Source: Opitutia bacterium
GTDB taxonomy: Bacteria > Verrucomicrobiota > Verrucomicrobiia > Opitutales > T3Sed10-336
Assembly (NCBI GenBank): GCA_050506795.1
Contig: JBJHCF010000003.1
Coordinates: 64,001 to 128,000 of the forward strand
Direction: 5' to 3'
DNA: 64,000 bases
The translations under genes and the position numbers were made by a program. The notes below the pieces were generated by a model. It searched no databases. It saw only the letters and a program-made list of their open reading frames with translations, and had not been told where the DNA came from. Of this stretch, positions 1 through 9,876 are shown one piece after another; the stretch's first letter is position 1, and each line of letters opens with the position of its first letter.

Positions 1-1
1 G

Positions 2-2293
2 CGGCTGGCCACCGGAGGGGCGGACGGTTCGATCCGGCTTTGGGATGCGGAATCCGGTGAGGTTGTGCGAATCTTTTCGGCGCCCTGGGGAGCCGTGACC
101 GCGTTGGCGTTCTCGCCGGGTGGCGAAGGGCTGGCGAGCGGGAGTTCCACTGGCGCGACCACGATTTGGAGCGTCTCGAACCAAGAGCCGGTGCGATCGT
201 TTGGCGGGGGCGGAGGCGCGGTGAGTTCATTGGCATTTGCTCCTGACGGAATTCGAGTCCTGGCCGGGGACTGGGAAGGCGGAGTCCGCCTCTGGGATAC
301 GGCGACCGGGGGGCTGATCCGGGAGTTTCGAGGACACACCGGAGCGGTGACGTCGGCGACCTTCTGGCCGAGCGGAGCAAGTGTGTTGACGGGAAGCCTG
401 GACGGCACCGCGCGTTTCTGGCAGGTTGCCACCGGGGAGGAAATCCGGCGATTTCAGGCCGGCGCCCCGGTATCGGCCGCCACCTTGTCGGCGGCGCAAA
501 CGATTGTAGTCACGGCCACCATGGAGGGCTCGGTTCGTATTTGGAATTTGGCGACGGGAGCGGCGATCAACACCTGGCCGGCCCACGACGCGGCAATCGG
601 CTCGGCGGCAATGTCTCCCGACGGCATGCGTCTGTTGACCGGAGGAGGTGAGGGCACGGCCCGTTTATGGCGGACGTTTCCAGTGGGATACGCGGTGCAG
701 GTTCTGGAGACGCCGTCATTTGGTGAGAATATCGTCGGCGAGCAGGAGACCGGGGTTGTGCGTTTGCGCAACGCCCTGACGACGCCGATCGATCTGCGAT
801 GGGGAACGCTTCCGGAAGGCTTCACCATTTCGGGGGATCTGCGCTCCCTGGCGCCGCGTGAGACACGTGAGTTTACGCTCAGGTTTACCCCGCGCAGGGA
901 AGGGTTGCAAACGGGACCCCTGGTTTTGTCGGCTTCCAATCTGTCGGGCTCCAAAACGATTGTTCTTTCCGGTGAAGGTGTATTGTATCGTCCGATACAC
1001 ACGATGGAAACGCAGACCCAACCCGTGCATGCGGCGGATTTATCGGTTGACGGAAAGTTTCTGATCACCGGAGGCGCGGATCGTACCGCGGTTGTGCGCG
1101 AAACGCAAAGCGGCGAAGTCCTGGCCTTGCTTCCCGGCCACGGGGCAACGGTTCAGGCCGCGGCGCTTTCAGCGGACGGCCTTTTCGCCGTCTCCGGTAG
1201 CGGTCAGGGCCGGATTTACCTGTGGGATTTGGAAGACGGGCCGGTGGCAGAGCCGACCAGGAGTTTCAGCGGGCATTTCGGGGCGATTTATACGGTGTCT
1301 ATTTCTCCCGACGGCCGGCGTTTTGTCACCGCGGGCTGGGACAATACCGTCAGACTCTGGTGTCGCGAAAGCGGAGATTTGGTGCATGCGTTTTCGGGGC
1401 ATACCCGTCAGGTGATTTCGTCTGCATTTTCTCCCGACGGGGGCCTGGTGCTCACCGGATCGGCCGATTCCACGGCTCGCTTATGGAACGTGGAATCGGG
1501 CGGATTGGTGCAGGCATTTTCTCCGGGCGTCGGCCGGATCAATGCCGTGGTGTTCTCGCCTTGCGGGCGGCGAATTCTGACCGGAGGGAGTGACGGCGCT
1601 GCGAGGTTGTGGTCGGTGGAAACCGGAGAGTTGCTCTTGAGCTTTGCCTACGGCGAGGGGTGGGTGGTTTCGGCGGCCTTTTCCGACGATGGGAGATGGA
1701 TTCTTACCGGGCATCTGGATGGGCGGGCGCGGTTGGTTGACGCCGTAAACGGAGATCTTCTGCGTACCTTTCCGGCCACCGGAACGGCGGTGCGCCTGGT
1801 CCGTTTTTTTCCGGGGAGTTCGCGGGTTTTTTTCCTGGGCAATGATGGCCGGGCGACGATCTGGTCAACGGTGGTGGATTTCCCGATCACTTTCGGTGAA
1901 TGGGTCGAGGCGTTGCCGCCCGGGAACGATGCGCGCCCTGGAGGCCGACCACCCGGAAGGCGACTGGCGAACCTGGTAAGGTACGCTTTGGGACACCAGG
2001 CCGACCGGGCGGAGGAGGGATTGTTGCCGGAGGTGACCAGGGGTGATGACGGGGCGGTGATTTTTGAATTCGATCGCCTGGCCCGCCGCCCCGATACGTC
2101 GATCAGCCTTGAAGTGTCGAATGATCTGAATACCTGGGAAACTGTCGCGTTGGCGGTGGGACTCGGTCCGTTTCTCCCCACGGGAGAGGGAGGAGTCACT
2201 GTGATTGGAGACCTCCGAGAGAGGAGGGTTCTTGTGGTCGACGAACACCCGTATCGTCGGGCCTTCCGCTTGGTCGTGCGCCTGGAAGAGTAG
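2..2293 (+). CDS. WD40-repeat protein (5'-truncated by window) with central Ig-like (ASH/choice-of-anchor-like) domain and shared C-terminal domain
   Basis: Frame is open from position 2 (RLATGGADGSIRLWDAESG). Many GH...FSPDG...TGS.DGTARLW repeats, Ig-like segment SFGENIVGEQETGVVRLRN...FTLRFTP, and C-terminal W...NLVRYALG...SNDLNTW...FRLVV. Confidence 0.9.
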   Translation, partial: RLATGGADGSIRLWDAESGEVVRIFSAPWGAVTALAFSPGGEGLASGSSTGATTIWSVSNQEPVRSFGGGGGAVSSLAFAPDGIRVLAGDWEGGVRLWDTATGGLIREFRGHTGAVTSATFWPSGASVLTGSLDGTARFWQVATGEEIRRFQAGAPVSAATLSAAQTIVVTATMEGSVRIWNLATGAAINTWPAHDAAIGSAAMSPDGMRLLTGGGEGTARLWRTFPVGYAVQVLETPSFGENIVGEQETGVVRLRNALTTPIDLRWGTLPEGFTISGDLRSLAPRETREFTLRFTPRREGLQTGPLVLSASNLSGSKTIVLSGEGVLYRPIHTMETQTQPVHAADLSVDGKFLITGGADRTAVVRETQSGEVLALLPGHGATVQAAALSADGLFAVSGSGQGRIYLWDLEDGPVAEPTRSFSGHFGAIYTVSISPDGRRFVTAGWDNTVRLWCRESGDLVHAFSGHTRQVISSAFSPDGGLVLTGSADSTARLWNVESGGLVQAFSPGVGRINAVVFSPCGRRILTGGSDGAARLWSVETGELLLSFAYGEGWVVSAAFSDDGRWILTGHLDGRARLVDAVNGDLLRTFPATGTAVRLVRFFPGSSRVFFLGNDGRATIWSTVVDFPITFGEWVEALPPGNDARPGGRPPGRRLANLVRYALGHQADRAEEGLLPEVTRGDDGAVIFEFDRLARRPDTSISLEVSNDLNTWETVALAVGLGPFLPTGEGGVTVIGDLRERRVLVVDEHPYRRAFRLVVRLEE

Positions 2294-2362
2294 GGGGCGT
2301 CCGGCGATGGAGTGGTTCGGGATTCGGGGATCGCGTTGCCCGGTCCGGTCAAAGGGAGGCGG

Positions 2363-5300
2363 TCAATTCTTCTCCAGGCGAAGACGAAGGAAGTAAGGCT
2401 CCGGCGATTGGACCGGATCGGCCAATCGGAAACGGACCGTGCGTACGGTCGGGTTCTCTTGCAGGGTTTCGGTTTGGCCTTCCGCCGGCTCCCAGGACTG
2501 GAGGTCTGTGGAGGCTTCCACGTGAAAAGTAATATCGGTGGCTGCTTTCAGGCGGGTGTAATCGATATAGGGATAGGACTCGCCTTTTTCGACCAGAATG
2601 CCCGCCCGGGGCAGCGAGGCGGACAGCGGCGCCGACGGATCGAGGCCGAGCGCGTATCGCATTAGATTGGGGACTCCCCGGTCGCCTGGGTCGGCCATGG
2701 GCCCGAACTGTTGCGGGTTCTCCATGGCATCCGTTCCGAACGCATTGCGCGCCCAGTCGTCGTAGTGTATTGCATGAATCGATACGTTAGCGGAAATCAG
2801 GTAGTCGATTCGACCCGTGTCCCAGTTATTGACTCCCACCCACCAGACTCCGGGTTCGGGGTGCAAGAACTGGCAGAACTCCTCCTGGACGCCGGCGAGA
2901 AAGGGACGGCAATCAAAGGAATTGAGATCGGGCTTTTCCCCCTTGCGGACGTAGAGGTCGGCGTCACCGCTCAAACCCGCCAGAACAACCTCCAATTGTC
3001 CCGCCTGCATGTGGGGGACCTCGACCCGGTAATACTTCCAGTCGTACTGGCGTTCCCGGCCGGTGATAAAATCCGCACGAACCGATCCCGGAGCGAGGGT
3101 TGTCGGTTCGACACCGGCCTGCTCAACGGTCAGCAGGACACGGCCGCCGGCGCTGATGGTGGCCGTGCGGGGCAGTGCGCTCCCCTGGTGGGCGGCCGCG
3201 CCGTAAATGACGTCGGTGCTGCCGCTTCCGCTGCGCGGGGTGAGGAACAGGAGCCAGTCGGCGCTGCTTTCGAGGCTCCACTGGCAATTGGTCAGCGAGC
3301 TTTCCAGCCGGGCCGTGAAGTAGCCGCCTTGTGAAGGCAGGGTCACCGTGCCCTCGCCCAGGGTGAAGTGGCAAGCCGGTTCGACTTCGAACACCTCCGG
3401 CAATTCGATTGAATCTCCGTCCGGGGAGAACAGTTCCAGATTCCACTGTCCGGCGGGCGCGGCGTAGAGATCGAAGCGGGCGGTGATGACGGACGGGGTG
3501 ACCTGAATGCCGAATCCCTCCGCCGCGCCACCTTGCGGGCCGGTGAGGCGGAGGTTGGTTCCCGGCAGAAATCCGGCGCCATGAATTTCCACCACGGCCA
3601 CTCCGTTGTTGGGTGCGGACTGAGGTTCGATGAAGTCGACCTGGGTGACGGTCGTTTCGGCTGCGTCCACGGAGGCGCCGGTGACGATGAGGGAATAGAT
3701 TTGCTCGGATCCCGGCTGCGCCTCGTCATATTCCACCCGCACGGTATAGGTTCCATTTTGGGGTTCGGGAATGTCGACCCGAAGAGTGTTGTCGACATGG
3801 TTTCTGCCGGTGGTGGCCGGCGCCGCCGGATTGGCGGGGTCGAGGCGAAAGGGGTGATGCCGGAAAGATCCGTCGGGCGAGAGAAGCGACAGGTGAAGAT
3901 TATTCACCAGGGTGGGCGAACGCTGATCCGTTTCGGATACCGGCCCGGTCGGCGGGGGATCCGTCCAGGAGAGGGTTGCCAGGATGGGGGAGTCTTCGTC
4001 CCAGGTTACCCGGTATTCCCGAGCCGGCCGTGAGGAGGTAAGCGAATCTTCGATGAACACCCGGCTTCGGGGAGAAGCGGCGTAGCGACGCACGATGGCG
4101 GCCGCGGCTTCGGTATTGATCAATCCCCATCCGTAACGGTAGTCCGGGCCCGGATTGCCGAGATCGTCGGCGGAGTGGATCAAAAGGGCTTTGAGTGTGC
4201 TCGCTCGGGGGGCATGTCCCGGGAAATACTCCCGGTAGAGCTCGGTTAGCAGCGCGAGTGACCCGGTGGTGGCCGGAGCCGCCATACTGGTACCGGAGGC
4301 CCGACCGTACCAGCCGTCGAGGGCCACCGGAGAAAGCACGCCGACACCGTGAGCGACCAGATCGGGCTTGATGCGGCCGTCGTCGGTGGGTCCCCAGGAA
4401 CTGAACGCCGTCATTCTGGCGTCGAATCGACCGCTCCGCTGGGAGGCGGGGAGAAAGTCGATGGCGCCAACGGTAAGGACGTTCTTGGCGATCTGATAGG
4501 AATTTACGGTGTCGAAACCCCGCTTGTAGACCGCGTCTCCCGGCGGATGCAACTCGGGGTCGTAGGGAACGACTCGATCGTTGATCAGGACCGGATCTCC
4601 TTTTCGAGGATCGCCGGAGCGGTGGTTGCCGGCCGCCCACACGGAGAGCAGGTAGGGCGAAGAATGAGCCAGCACGTCGGTGAGGTAGGCGAACTCGTCA
4701 TAACGGCCGAACCGGTCGTGGCCGGTGAACACGAAGGCGTTGCGTTCGCCGAGGAAAACCCAGCCCGCGACCAGTCCGTAGGAATGATTGGCCAGGGAGA
4801 TGGTGCCGGGTTCTCCGGGGTAAAACGGAGCCCGGCCGGCCATTTCGGCGAGCGCCTGGTTCCAGTCATAACCCTCAATCGTGGCCTGCGGCGCCACTCC
4901 GGTCGCCGGGGCGTGAGTGCCGCGGGCGGCGATGGTGCCGGCAACGTGGGTGGAATGGTGTGAAAAGAAAGGCGCACTGTGGTGATTGATAACGCGTCCG
5001 CGGTCGAATTCGCTATGGCTGGCGAGGATCCTGGCTTCGTCCCAAACGCCGACATGCACCCCTTTGCCGGTGGCTGAAAAACGACCGGGGCCGAGAATCG
5101 GGCGGGATCGGACCGATTGCGCTGCGACGGCGTTGAAGGTGGTTCGGTATAACGGCACACCGTTTTCAAAGGCCACCAGTTCGAGGGTGCGCCCGTCGTT
5201 GTCGACCGTACGGGCGGGGAATCCGCGGCGCCGGGCTTCCTCGCGGGCGGCGGCCTCGCGGTGCAGGCTGTATTCACGCAGGGTTTGCGCGAGGGATTCC

Positions 5301-5650
5301 CGATCCCGGCTGGATTGCCATGCCAAGGCGGCCGGCGCGGGCAAAGGGGGCGGTACATCGAACGAATCCGGAGGCGTGTATTCGTTTTCCTGAAACGGTT
5401 TTCCGGTTTCGGTCCCGGCGGAGGGTAGAAATCGGCCTGGAGGCAACGGCATGACGGGCGGTTGCGCCGCCGTTTCGGAATTCTGCCGGAAGCCGGTCGG
5501 ACTCTCCGATGCCATGGCGCCACCGGTTTCGGCGGCGGGCGGTACGGGCGTGGGATGTTGGATCGTCGTATCGTCGATACGAACCAGCAGGGAAGCGGCC
5601 GCCGCCAGGGCGAGGGTGAGAACCAGGAAGAAATGACGACGACCAAACAT
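2363..5650 (-). CDS. Secreted/anchored S8 subtilisin-like serine peptidase with BACON-like, PPC and shared C-terminal domains
   Basis: Catalytic motifs VGVWD, HSTHVAGTI, GTSMAAP; FSSWGPTDDGRIKPD; PPC motif GDADLYVRKG...DCRP; N-terminal hydrophobic segment. Confidence 0.92.
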   Translation of the reverse strand: MFGRRHFFLVLTLALAAAASLLVRIDDTTIQHPTPVPPAAETGGAMASESPTGFRQNSETAAQPPVMPLPPGRFLPSAGTETGKPFQENEYTPPDSFDVPPPLPAPAALAWQSSRDRESLAQTLREYSLHREAAAREEARRRGFPARTVDNDGRTLELVAFENGVPLYRTTFNAVAAQSVRSRPILGPGRFSATGKGVHVGVWDEARILASHSEFDRGRVINHHSAPFFSHHSTHVAGTIAARGTHAPATGVAPQATIEGYDWNQALAEMAGRAPFYPGEPGTISLANHSYGLVAGWVFLGERNAFVFTGHDRFGRYDEFAYLTDVLAHSSPYLLSVWAAGNHRSGDPRKGDPVLINDRVVPYDPELHPPGDAVYKRGFDTVNSYQIAKNVLTVGAIDFLPASQRSGRFDARMTAFSSWGPTDDGRIKPDLVAHGVGVLSPVALDGWYGRASGTSMAAPATTGSLALLTELYREYFPGHAPRASTLKALLIHSADDLGNPGPDYRYGWGLINTEAAAAIVRRYAASPRSRVFIEDSLTSSRPAREYRVTWDEDSPILATLSWTDPPPTGPVSETDQRSPTLVNNLHLSLLSPDGSFRHHPFRLDPANPAAPATTGRNHVDNTLRVDIPEPQNGTYTVRVEYDEAQPGSEQIYSLIVTGASVDAAETTVTQVDFIEPQSAPNNGVAVVEIHGAGFLPGTNLRLTGPQGGAAEGFGIQVTPSVITARFDLYAAPAGQWNLELFSPDGDSIELPEVFEVEPACHFTLGEGTVTLPSQGGYFTARLESSLTNCQWSLESSADWLLFLTPRSGSGSTDVIYGAAAHQGSALPRTATISAGGRVLLTVEQAGVEPTTLAPGSVRADFITGRERQYDWKYYRVEVPHMQAGQLEVVLAGLSGDADLYVRKGEKPDLNSFDCRPFLAGVQEEFCQFLHPEPGVWWVGVNNWDTGRIDYLISANVSIHAIHYDDWARNAFGTDAMENPQQFGPMADPGDRGVPNLMRYALGLDPSAPLSASLPRAGILVEKGESYPYIDYTRLKAATDITFHVEASTDLQSWEPAEGQTETLQENPTVRTVRFRLADPVQSPEPYFLRLRLEKN

Positions 5651-5832
5651 CAGTGAACTGCGGGAATTCCGGAGTGAATCCGGTGGCGAATGAGGAAAAC
5701 ATAGACCCGCTTTTCCTTCGGTTCAAGCTCCGCGCTTGTTCGGGGTGGGAGGCTTGTTTTTAAGTTGTCACCTCAGATCCCATTTTGGAAAATGAGAGAC
5801 AGGAAAACGGAGTATAAAAACCCCGGATAATT

Positions 5833-6279
5833 ATGGAATCAAAGGTTAAGGAAATTCTGGCCTGCAAAGGCGACACGGTTTACCAGGTTTCTCCCTCCAG
5901 TAGCGTGCTTGAGGCGATTCAGCTCATGAATGATCGCAAAATCGGCGCCCTCCTGGTGACGGAGCAGGGATGTCCGGTAGGAATGTTTACGGAGCGCGAC
6001 GTTCTCACCCGGGTGGTCCCGCCGGGGCTCGACGCGGTGCGGACCAGGGTGGAAGAGGTGATGAGCAAAGATCTGATCGTGATCCGGTCGGACATTTCCA
6101 TTCAGAATGCCATGCGGATCGTCACGGAAAAAAAACGCCGGCATTTGCCGGTGGTCGAAGAGGGACGGTTGCTTGGGTTGATCTCGATCGGGGATCTCAC
6201 CCGGTGGTTGGTGCGCGAACACGAGAACGAGGTTGAAACCCTGCTCGAGTACATCAACGGCCCCCAGGTGAGGGGATGA
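5833..6279 (+). CDS. CBS-domain pair protein
   Basis: Two CBS motifs (IGALLV...GMFTERD; RHLPVVEEGRLLGLISIGDL). Confidence 0.9.
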   Translation: MESKVKEILACKGDTVYQVSPSSSVLEAIQLMNDRKIGALLVTEQGCPVGMFTERDVLTRVVPPGLDAVRTRVEEVMSKDLIVIRSDISIQNAMRIVTEKKRRHLPVVEEGRLLGLISIGDLTRWLVREHENEVETLLEYINGPQVRG

Positions 6280-6336
6280 TTCCGGGCTTTCGATTCCGGC
6301 CCGATGTGCTATTGGTCAGGAGCAGTTCCGCCCCTT

Positions 6337-6368
6337 AACCAAGAACCAAGAACCAGGAACCAAGAACT
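6337..6368. repeat. Heptamer tandem repeat (AACCAAG)x4.5
   Basis: aaccaag aaccaag aaccagg aaccaag aact, lying between convergent genes. Confidence 0.85.
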
Positions 6369-6377
6369 GCGTTCCGA

Positions 6378-7172
6378 TCAAAACATCGGCTCAAGATCGG
6401 CCCGAGACCCTCTGGTGCCGAGAACGTAGGTTTTCCCGTCGCCGGCCCAAGAGGCGAACGCCCAGTTGTCCATTTTATTGAAGCGAGGATTGGCCCGCGG
6501 CAACGCCGGAGGCGTGGCGGTGGGATCCTCGATGACAAAGAGGTGATAGGTCTGATCCCCTTTCCTCATGCAAATGAGGGACACCTTCGATTTTTCCCAA
6601 TCGAACAGGCGGCAGCGAAATCCCTGGAGCTCATCGATGGCTCTTGGAACGTCCGATGCCTCCGGGCCGCCGACCTCCTTCACCCTAAGTCGCAATTCAG
6701 CCATGTTTTCGCTATAGTAGTCGAACTCGGGCACGCGCTGGAAGAGCGAGGTCAGTTCAGCGTAAAAACCGGAGGAGAACTGAGCATAGACCGGTTGGTT
6801 CGCCGCATTGCCGGCGGTGACGGGCTGATCCCGGGAACCCGCGATACCCCACAGGATCAAGCCGCCTGCAACAACGAGCACCGCGGCGTTGCGAAGCAGC
6901 GCCCAGGGAAAGGCGATAACTTGTGGAGCCGCCTCGGGGGGAGTCAGCTTCGCCCGAAGTTCAGCGGGTATGGGCAGGTTTTTCAGCCGCGCTCCGACGA
7001 TGCGATCAAATTCTCGTTCCCGCTCGTGCCAGGCTCGAAGTTCGGGATCGCGTTTGGCTTTGGCGAGCGCCTCGGCCCATTCGACATCATCAGTGGGCTC
7101 CCGATCCGGCGGACAGCACTCGAGGATGCCTTTCAGCCTAAGCTTTTCAGTTTCCGGTATTCTATCGTTCAT
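6378..7172 (-). CDS. Probable membrane-anchored anti-sigma factor
   Basis: Overlaps the 3' end of the ECF sigma gene; N-terminal helical domain, one TM segment (NAAVLVVAGGLILWGI), C-terminal extracytoplasmic domain. Confidence 0.7.
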   Translation of the reverse strand: MNDRIPETEKLRLKGILECCPPDREPTDDVEWAEALAKAKRDPELRAWHEREREFDRIVGARLKNLPIPAELRAKLTPPEAAPQVIAFPWALLRNAAVLVVAGGLILWGIAGSRDQPVTAGNAANQPVYAQFSSGFYAELTSLFQRVPEFDYYSENMAELRLRVKEVGGPEASDVPRAIDELQGFRCRLFDWEKSKVSLICMRKGDQTYHLFVIEDPTATPPALPRANPRFNKMDNWAFASWAGDGKTYVLGTRGSRADLEPMF

Positions 7173-7722
7173 TGCGGGAGGTTTTCGAAGGAGAGGTTTT
7201 CACGTTGCGCGTGGTGGCGTCCGAGGTGAGCAGGCGCCGAAGTTGTTCCTTTCCACGGGAAAGTCGCGACATTACCGTTCCGGTCGGAATATCGAGCAGC
7301 TCCGCGATTTCCCGGTAAGTCAGGTCTTCGAGGTAAAACAGGCTCAAAGGGACGCGGTAAACCTCTTCGATCTCCGCCAGGAGGTCCATCAGGGCTGAGG
7401 CATCGGCCTGGTCGACCACTTCCGGCGGTACCGTTTCGGCCTCGGCCGTTTCGGTGGTGGTTTCGATTGAATAAACTTTCCGGTTGCGTTTGTTCCATTT
7501 AAGGTACTCGCGATAAAGAGTGGTGAATAACCACGATTTTGCTTTGGACGTATCGCGCAGGGTGTGGCCCTTTTCCGCCCAGCGGCTGAATGTCTGTTGT
7601 GTCAAGTCCCATGCATCCGCTTCCTTGCCGCTCAAGCTGTAGGCGAAGCGGTAGAGGGAAGTATAATACTCATCGACCAGTTTTTCAAAATCGATGGATT
7701 GTTTATGGGTGTGAGCGGTCAT
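7162..7722 (-). CDS. ECF-family RNA polymerase sigma factor
   Basis: Region 2 (DAWDLTQQTF...KSWLFTTL) and region 4 (YREIAELLDIPTGTVMSRLSRGK). Confidence 0.95.
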   Translation of the reverse strand: MTAHTHKQSIDFEKLVDEYYTSLYRFAYSLSGKEADAWDLTQQTFSRWAEKGHTLRDTSKAKSWLFTTLYREYLKWNKRNRKVYSIETTTETAEAETVPPEVVDQADASALMDLLAEIEEVYRVPLSLFYLEDLTYREIAELLDIPTGTVMSRLSRGKEQLRRLLTSDATTRNVKTSPSKTSRNER

Positions 7723-7814
7723 CCGAGCGGTTTATTCCAGGCAAATCGAAAATTCTCCGGAAACCCTAGGTTGTTGCCTAAGATTGGCAAAAGCACAAGC
7801 CGAGAGTATCCAGG

Positions 7815-8912
7815 TCAGAGGATAAGCATGGCGTCGCCGTAGCTGTAAAACCGGTATTGTCGCGCCACCGCCTCCCGGTAGATGTCTCGCAGCCATTCGA
7901 TCCCGTCCAGGCGCCCGGGGGCGAGGAAGGCGCTAACCAGACACAGGAGGCTGGACCGGGGCAGGTGGAAATTGGTGATCATCGCGTCGGTGAACGCGAA
8001 TCGGGCCGGCGGGTAAAGAAACAGATCCGCTTCCGCCAGGAAAGGCTTGCGGTCCTCCTTCATCGGAATATCACTTTGTTTGCGTGCGAAATCCTCCAGG
8101 GCTCGGACCGTGGTGGTGCCGACGGCGATGCGCTTGCCGAAGTGCGTGGAGTCCAGGCTGGCCCGGGTTTCCGCAGGAATCTCGTAAATTTCGCGATGAA
8201 TCCGGTGATCGGATACCCGTTCGGTCTTGATTGGCTGAAAGGTTCCCGCTCCGACGTGCAGAGTGACCTCGTGGAAGGAAAATCCCGCCTCCTTTAGACC
8301 GGTGAGCAGTTCCGGAGTGAAATGCAGGCCGGCGGTCGGAGCGGCCGCCGCCACGGGTTTGGATTTGTCCGCATAGACCGTTTCGTAGCGCTCACGGTCC
8401 AGATCTTTTCGGGGATCCTCCTGATCCCGCTGAATGTAGGGGGGCAGGGGGATCTCCCCGACACTCCGGGCCAGGTCGGTTACCGAGTCATCCTGTTGCG
8501 GGAAGAACGCCACCAGGCGCTCGCCGTTTTCCAGCACGCGCACGACCTCTGCCGTGTAGTGCCCTTCGAGACCGAAACGGGAGCCGGGCGGCAGTTTTTT
8601 GCCCGGTTTAACAAAACAGCGCCATTCGTTTGGATCGGCGCCCGGAGAGAGCAACAGACATTCGACGGCGCCCCCGGTGGGGCGAAACCCTCTCAGTCGG
8701 GCCGGCAGAACGCTGGCGTTGTTGCGATAGAACCGGCCATTGGCGGGAAGCAACTCGCCGATCTCGTGAAAATAATGGTGGCTGATGCCGCCGGTGTTGC
8801 GGTCGACGACCAGGAGTTTGGAGCGGTCGCGGCGGGCGGCCGGTTCCTGGGCGATCAGTTCCGGGGGAAGGTGGAAGTCGAAACGGCGGATATCCAGGTG
8901 ATCTTCGCTCAC
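7815..8912 (-). CDS. queA: S-adenosylmethionine:tRNA ribosyltransferase-isomerase
   Basis: FDFHLPPELIAQEP, AAPTAGLHFT, TLHVGAGTF, TNFHLPRSSL, YRFYSYGDAM. Likely GTG start at 8912 overlaps the xerD stop (GTGA). Confidence 0.95.
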   Translation of the reverse strand: MSEDHLDIRRFDFHLPPELIAQEPAARRDRSKLLVVDRNTGGISHHYFHEIGELLPANGRFYRNNASVLPARLRGFRPTGGAVECLLLSPGADPNEWRCFVKPGKKLPPGSRFGLEGHYTAEVVRVLENGERLVAFFPQQDDSVTDLARSVGEIPLPPYIQRDQEDPRKDLDRERYETVYADKSKPVAAAAPTAGLHFTPELLTGLKEAGFSFHEVTLHVGAGTFQPIKTERVSDHRIHREIYEIPAETRASLDSTHFGKRIAVGTTTVRALEDFARKQSDIPMKEDRKPFLAEADLFLYPPARFAFTDAMITNFHLPRSSLLCLVSAFLAPGRLDGIEWLRDIYREAVARQYRFYSYGDAMLIL

Positions 8913-9865
8913 TTCGAGGAACTTTCTGCGGACCGCCCCAGCGCATTGCGGGGGTGAAACTCGCGGTGGCCGGCGAGAATGCGCGCCGAATCCACTGCGG
9001 TGTAGATTTGAGTGGTCCCGATGTCCTGGTGACCGAGGAGTTCCTGGATGGCCCGCAGGTCGGCGCCGCCACTGAGGAGGTGAGTGGCAAAGGAGTGACG
9101 CAGCAGATGCGGTTTGACCGGTTTTTTGATGCCCGCCACCCGGGCGTGGCGGCGAATCAGAACCCAGACGGTTTTGCGGGAAATCGGGGAGCCGCGTTCG
9201 CTCAGGAAGACGCCGGCTCCGGTCCCGGATTTGACAAAAGCGGGCCGGCCGGAGTCGAGATAACGTTCCACGGCTTCGACCGCTTTGCTCCCCACCGGCA
9301 CGACCCGCTCCTTGGAACCCTTGCCGTAAACGCGCAGCCACCCGTTCTCCAAATCCATCTGCTGCAGGGTCAGCGAGCAAAGTTCCGATACCCGCAATCC
9401 ACTGGAGTAAAAAAGCTCCAGAAAAGCCCGGTCGCGCAAGCCGTAGGGTGTGGTCGGATCGGGGGCTTCCAGGAGGGCGTCAACTTCGTCCGGAGTGAGG
9501 GAGCCGGGAAGTTTGCGGGTCAATTTAGGTGACGAAAGCAGTTCGGTCAGGTCGTCCGGACGAACCCTTTCCCGCACCAGGTGCCGGGCAAATACTCGCA
9601 GCGCGGTTAATTTCCTCGCCAGGCTGCTGACCGCGTATCCCTTTTCGTTCAATGAGTAAATCCAGTCGGTCAAGTGGTGCGGGGCCGCCTCCCGCCATCC
9701 GCCGATCCTTTTGGCCTTGAGGAACGTCGCGCATCCGGCCAGATCGTTGCGATAGCTGGAGACCGTGTTTGCAGCCAGTCCTTTCTCCAGTTCCAGGAAG
9801 GCCAGGAAGTTTTCGATCTCTTCGAAGAATTCAGGCGGAATGTTATCCGATAGCGCGGTATCCAC
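8909..9865 (-). CDS. xerD: Tyrosine site-specific recombinase XerD
   Basis: EKGLAANTVSSYRNDL, SGLRVSEL, GKGSKERVVP, PHLLRHSFATHLL, LGHQDIGTTQIYT. GTG start at 9865 inferred. Confidence 0.88.
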   Translation of the reverse strand: MDTALSDNIPPEFFEEIENFLAFLELEKGLAANTVSSYRNDLAGCATFLKAKRIGGWREAAPHHLTDWIYSLNEKGYAVSSLARKLTALRVFARHLVRERVRPDDLTELLSSPKLTRKLPGSLTPDEVDALLEAPDPTTPYGLRDRAFLELFYSSGLRVSELCSLTLQQMDLENGWLRVYGKGSKERVVPVGSKAVEAVERYLDSGRPAFVKSGTGAGVFLSERGSPISRKTVWVLIRRHARVAGIKKPVKPHLLRHSFATHLLSGGADLRAIQELLGHQDIGTTQIYTAVDSARILAGHREFHPRNALGRSAESSSK

Positions 9866-9876
9866 AATGTTGATGC

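Noticed and set aside
8913..9380. N-terminal extension of queA suggesting a fusion
   Set aside because: It overlaps xerD in another frame; the GTG at 8912 coupled to the xerD stop explains the gene.
8909..9865. Tyrosine recombinase as a prophage or island integrase
   Set aside because: It has XerD-like sequence, sits in a housekeeping operon with hemG and queA, and has no phage genes or att/tRNA nearby.
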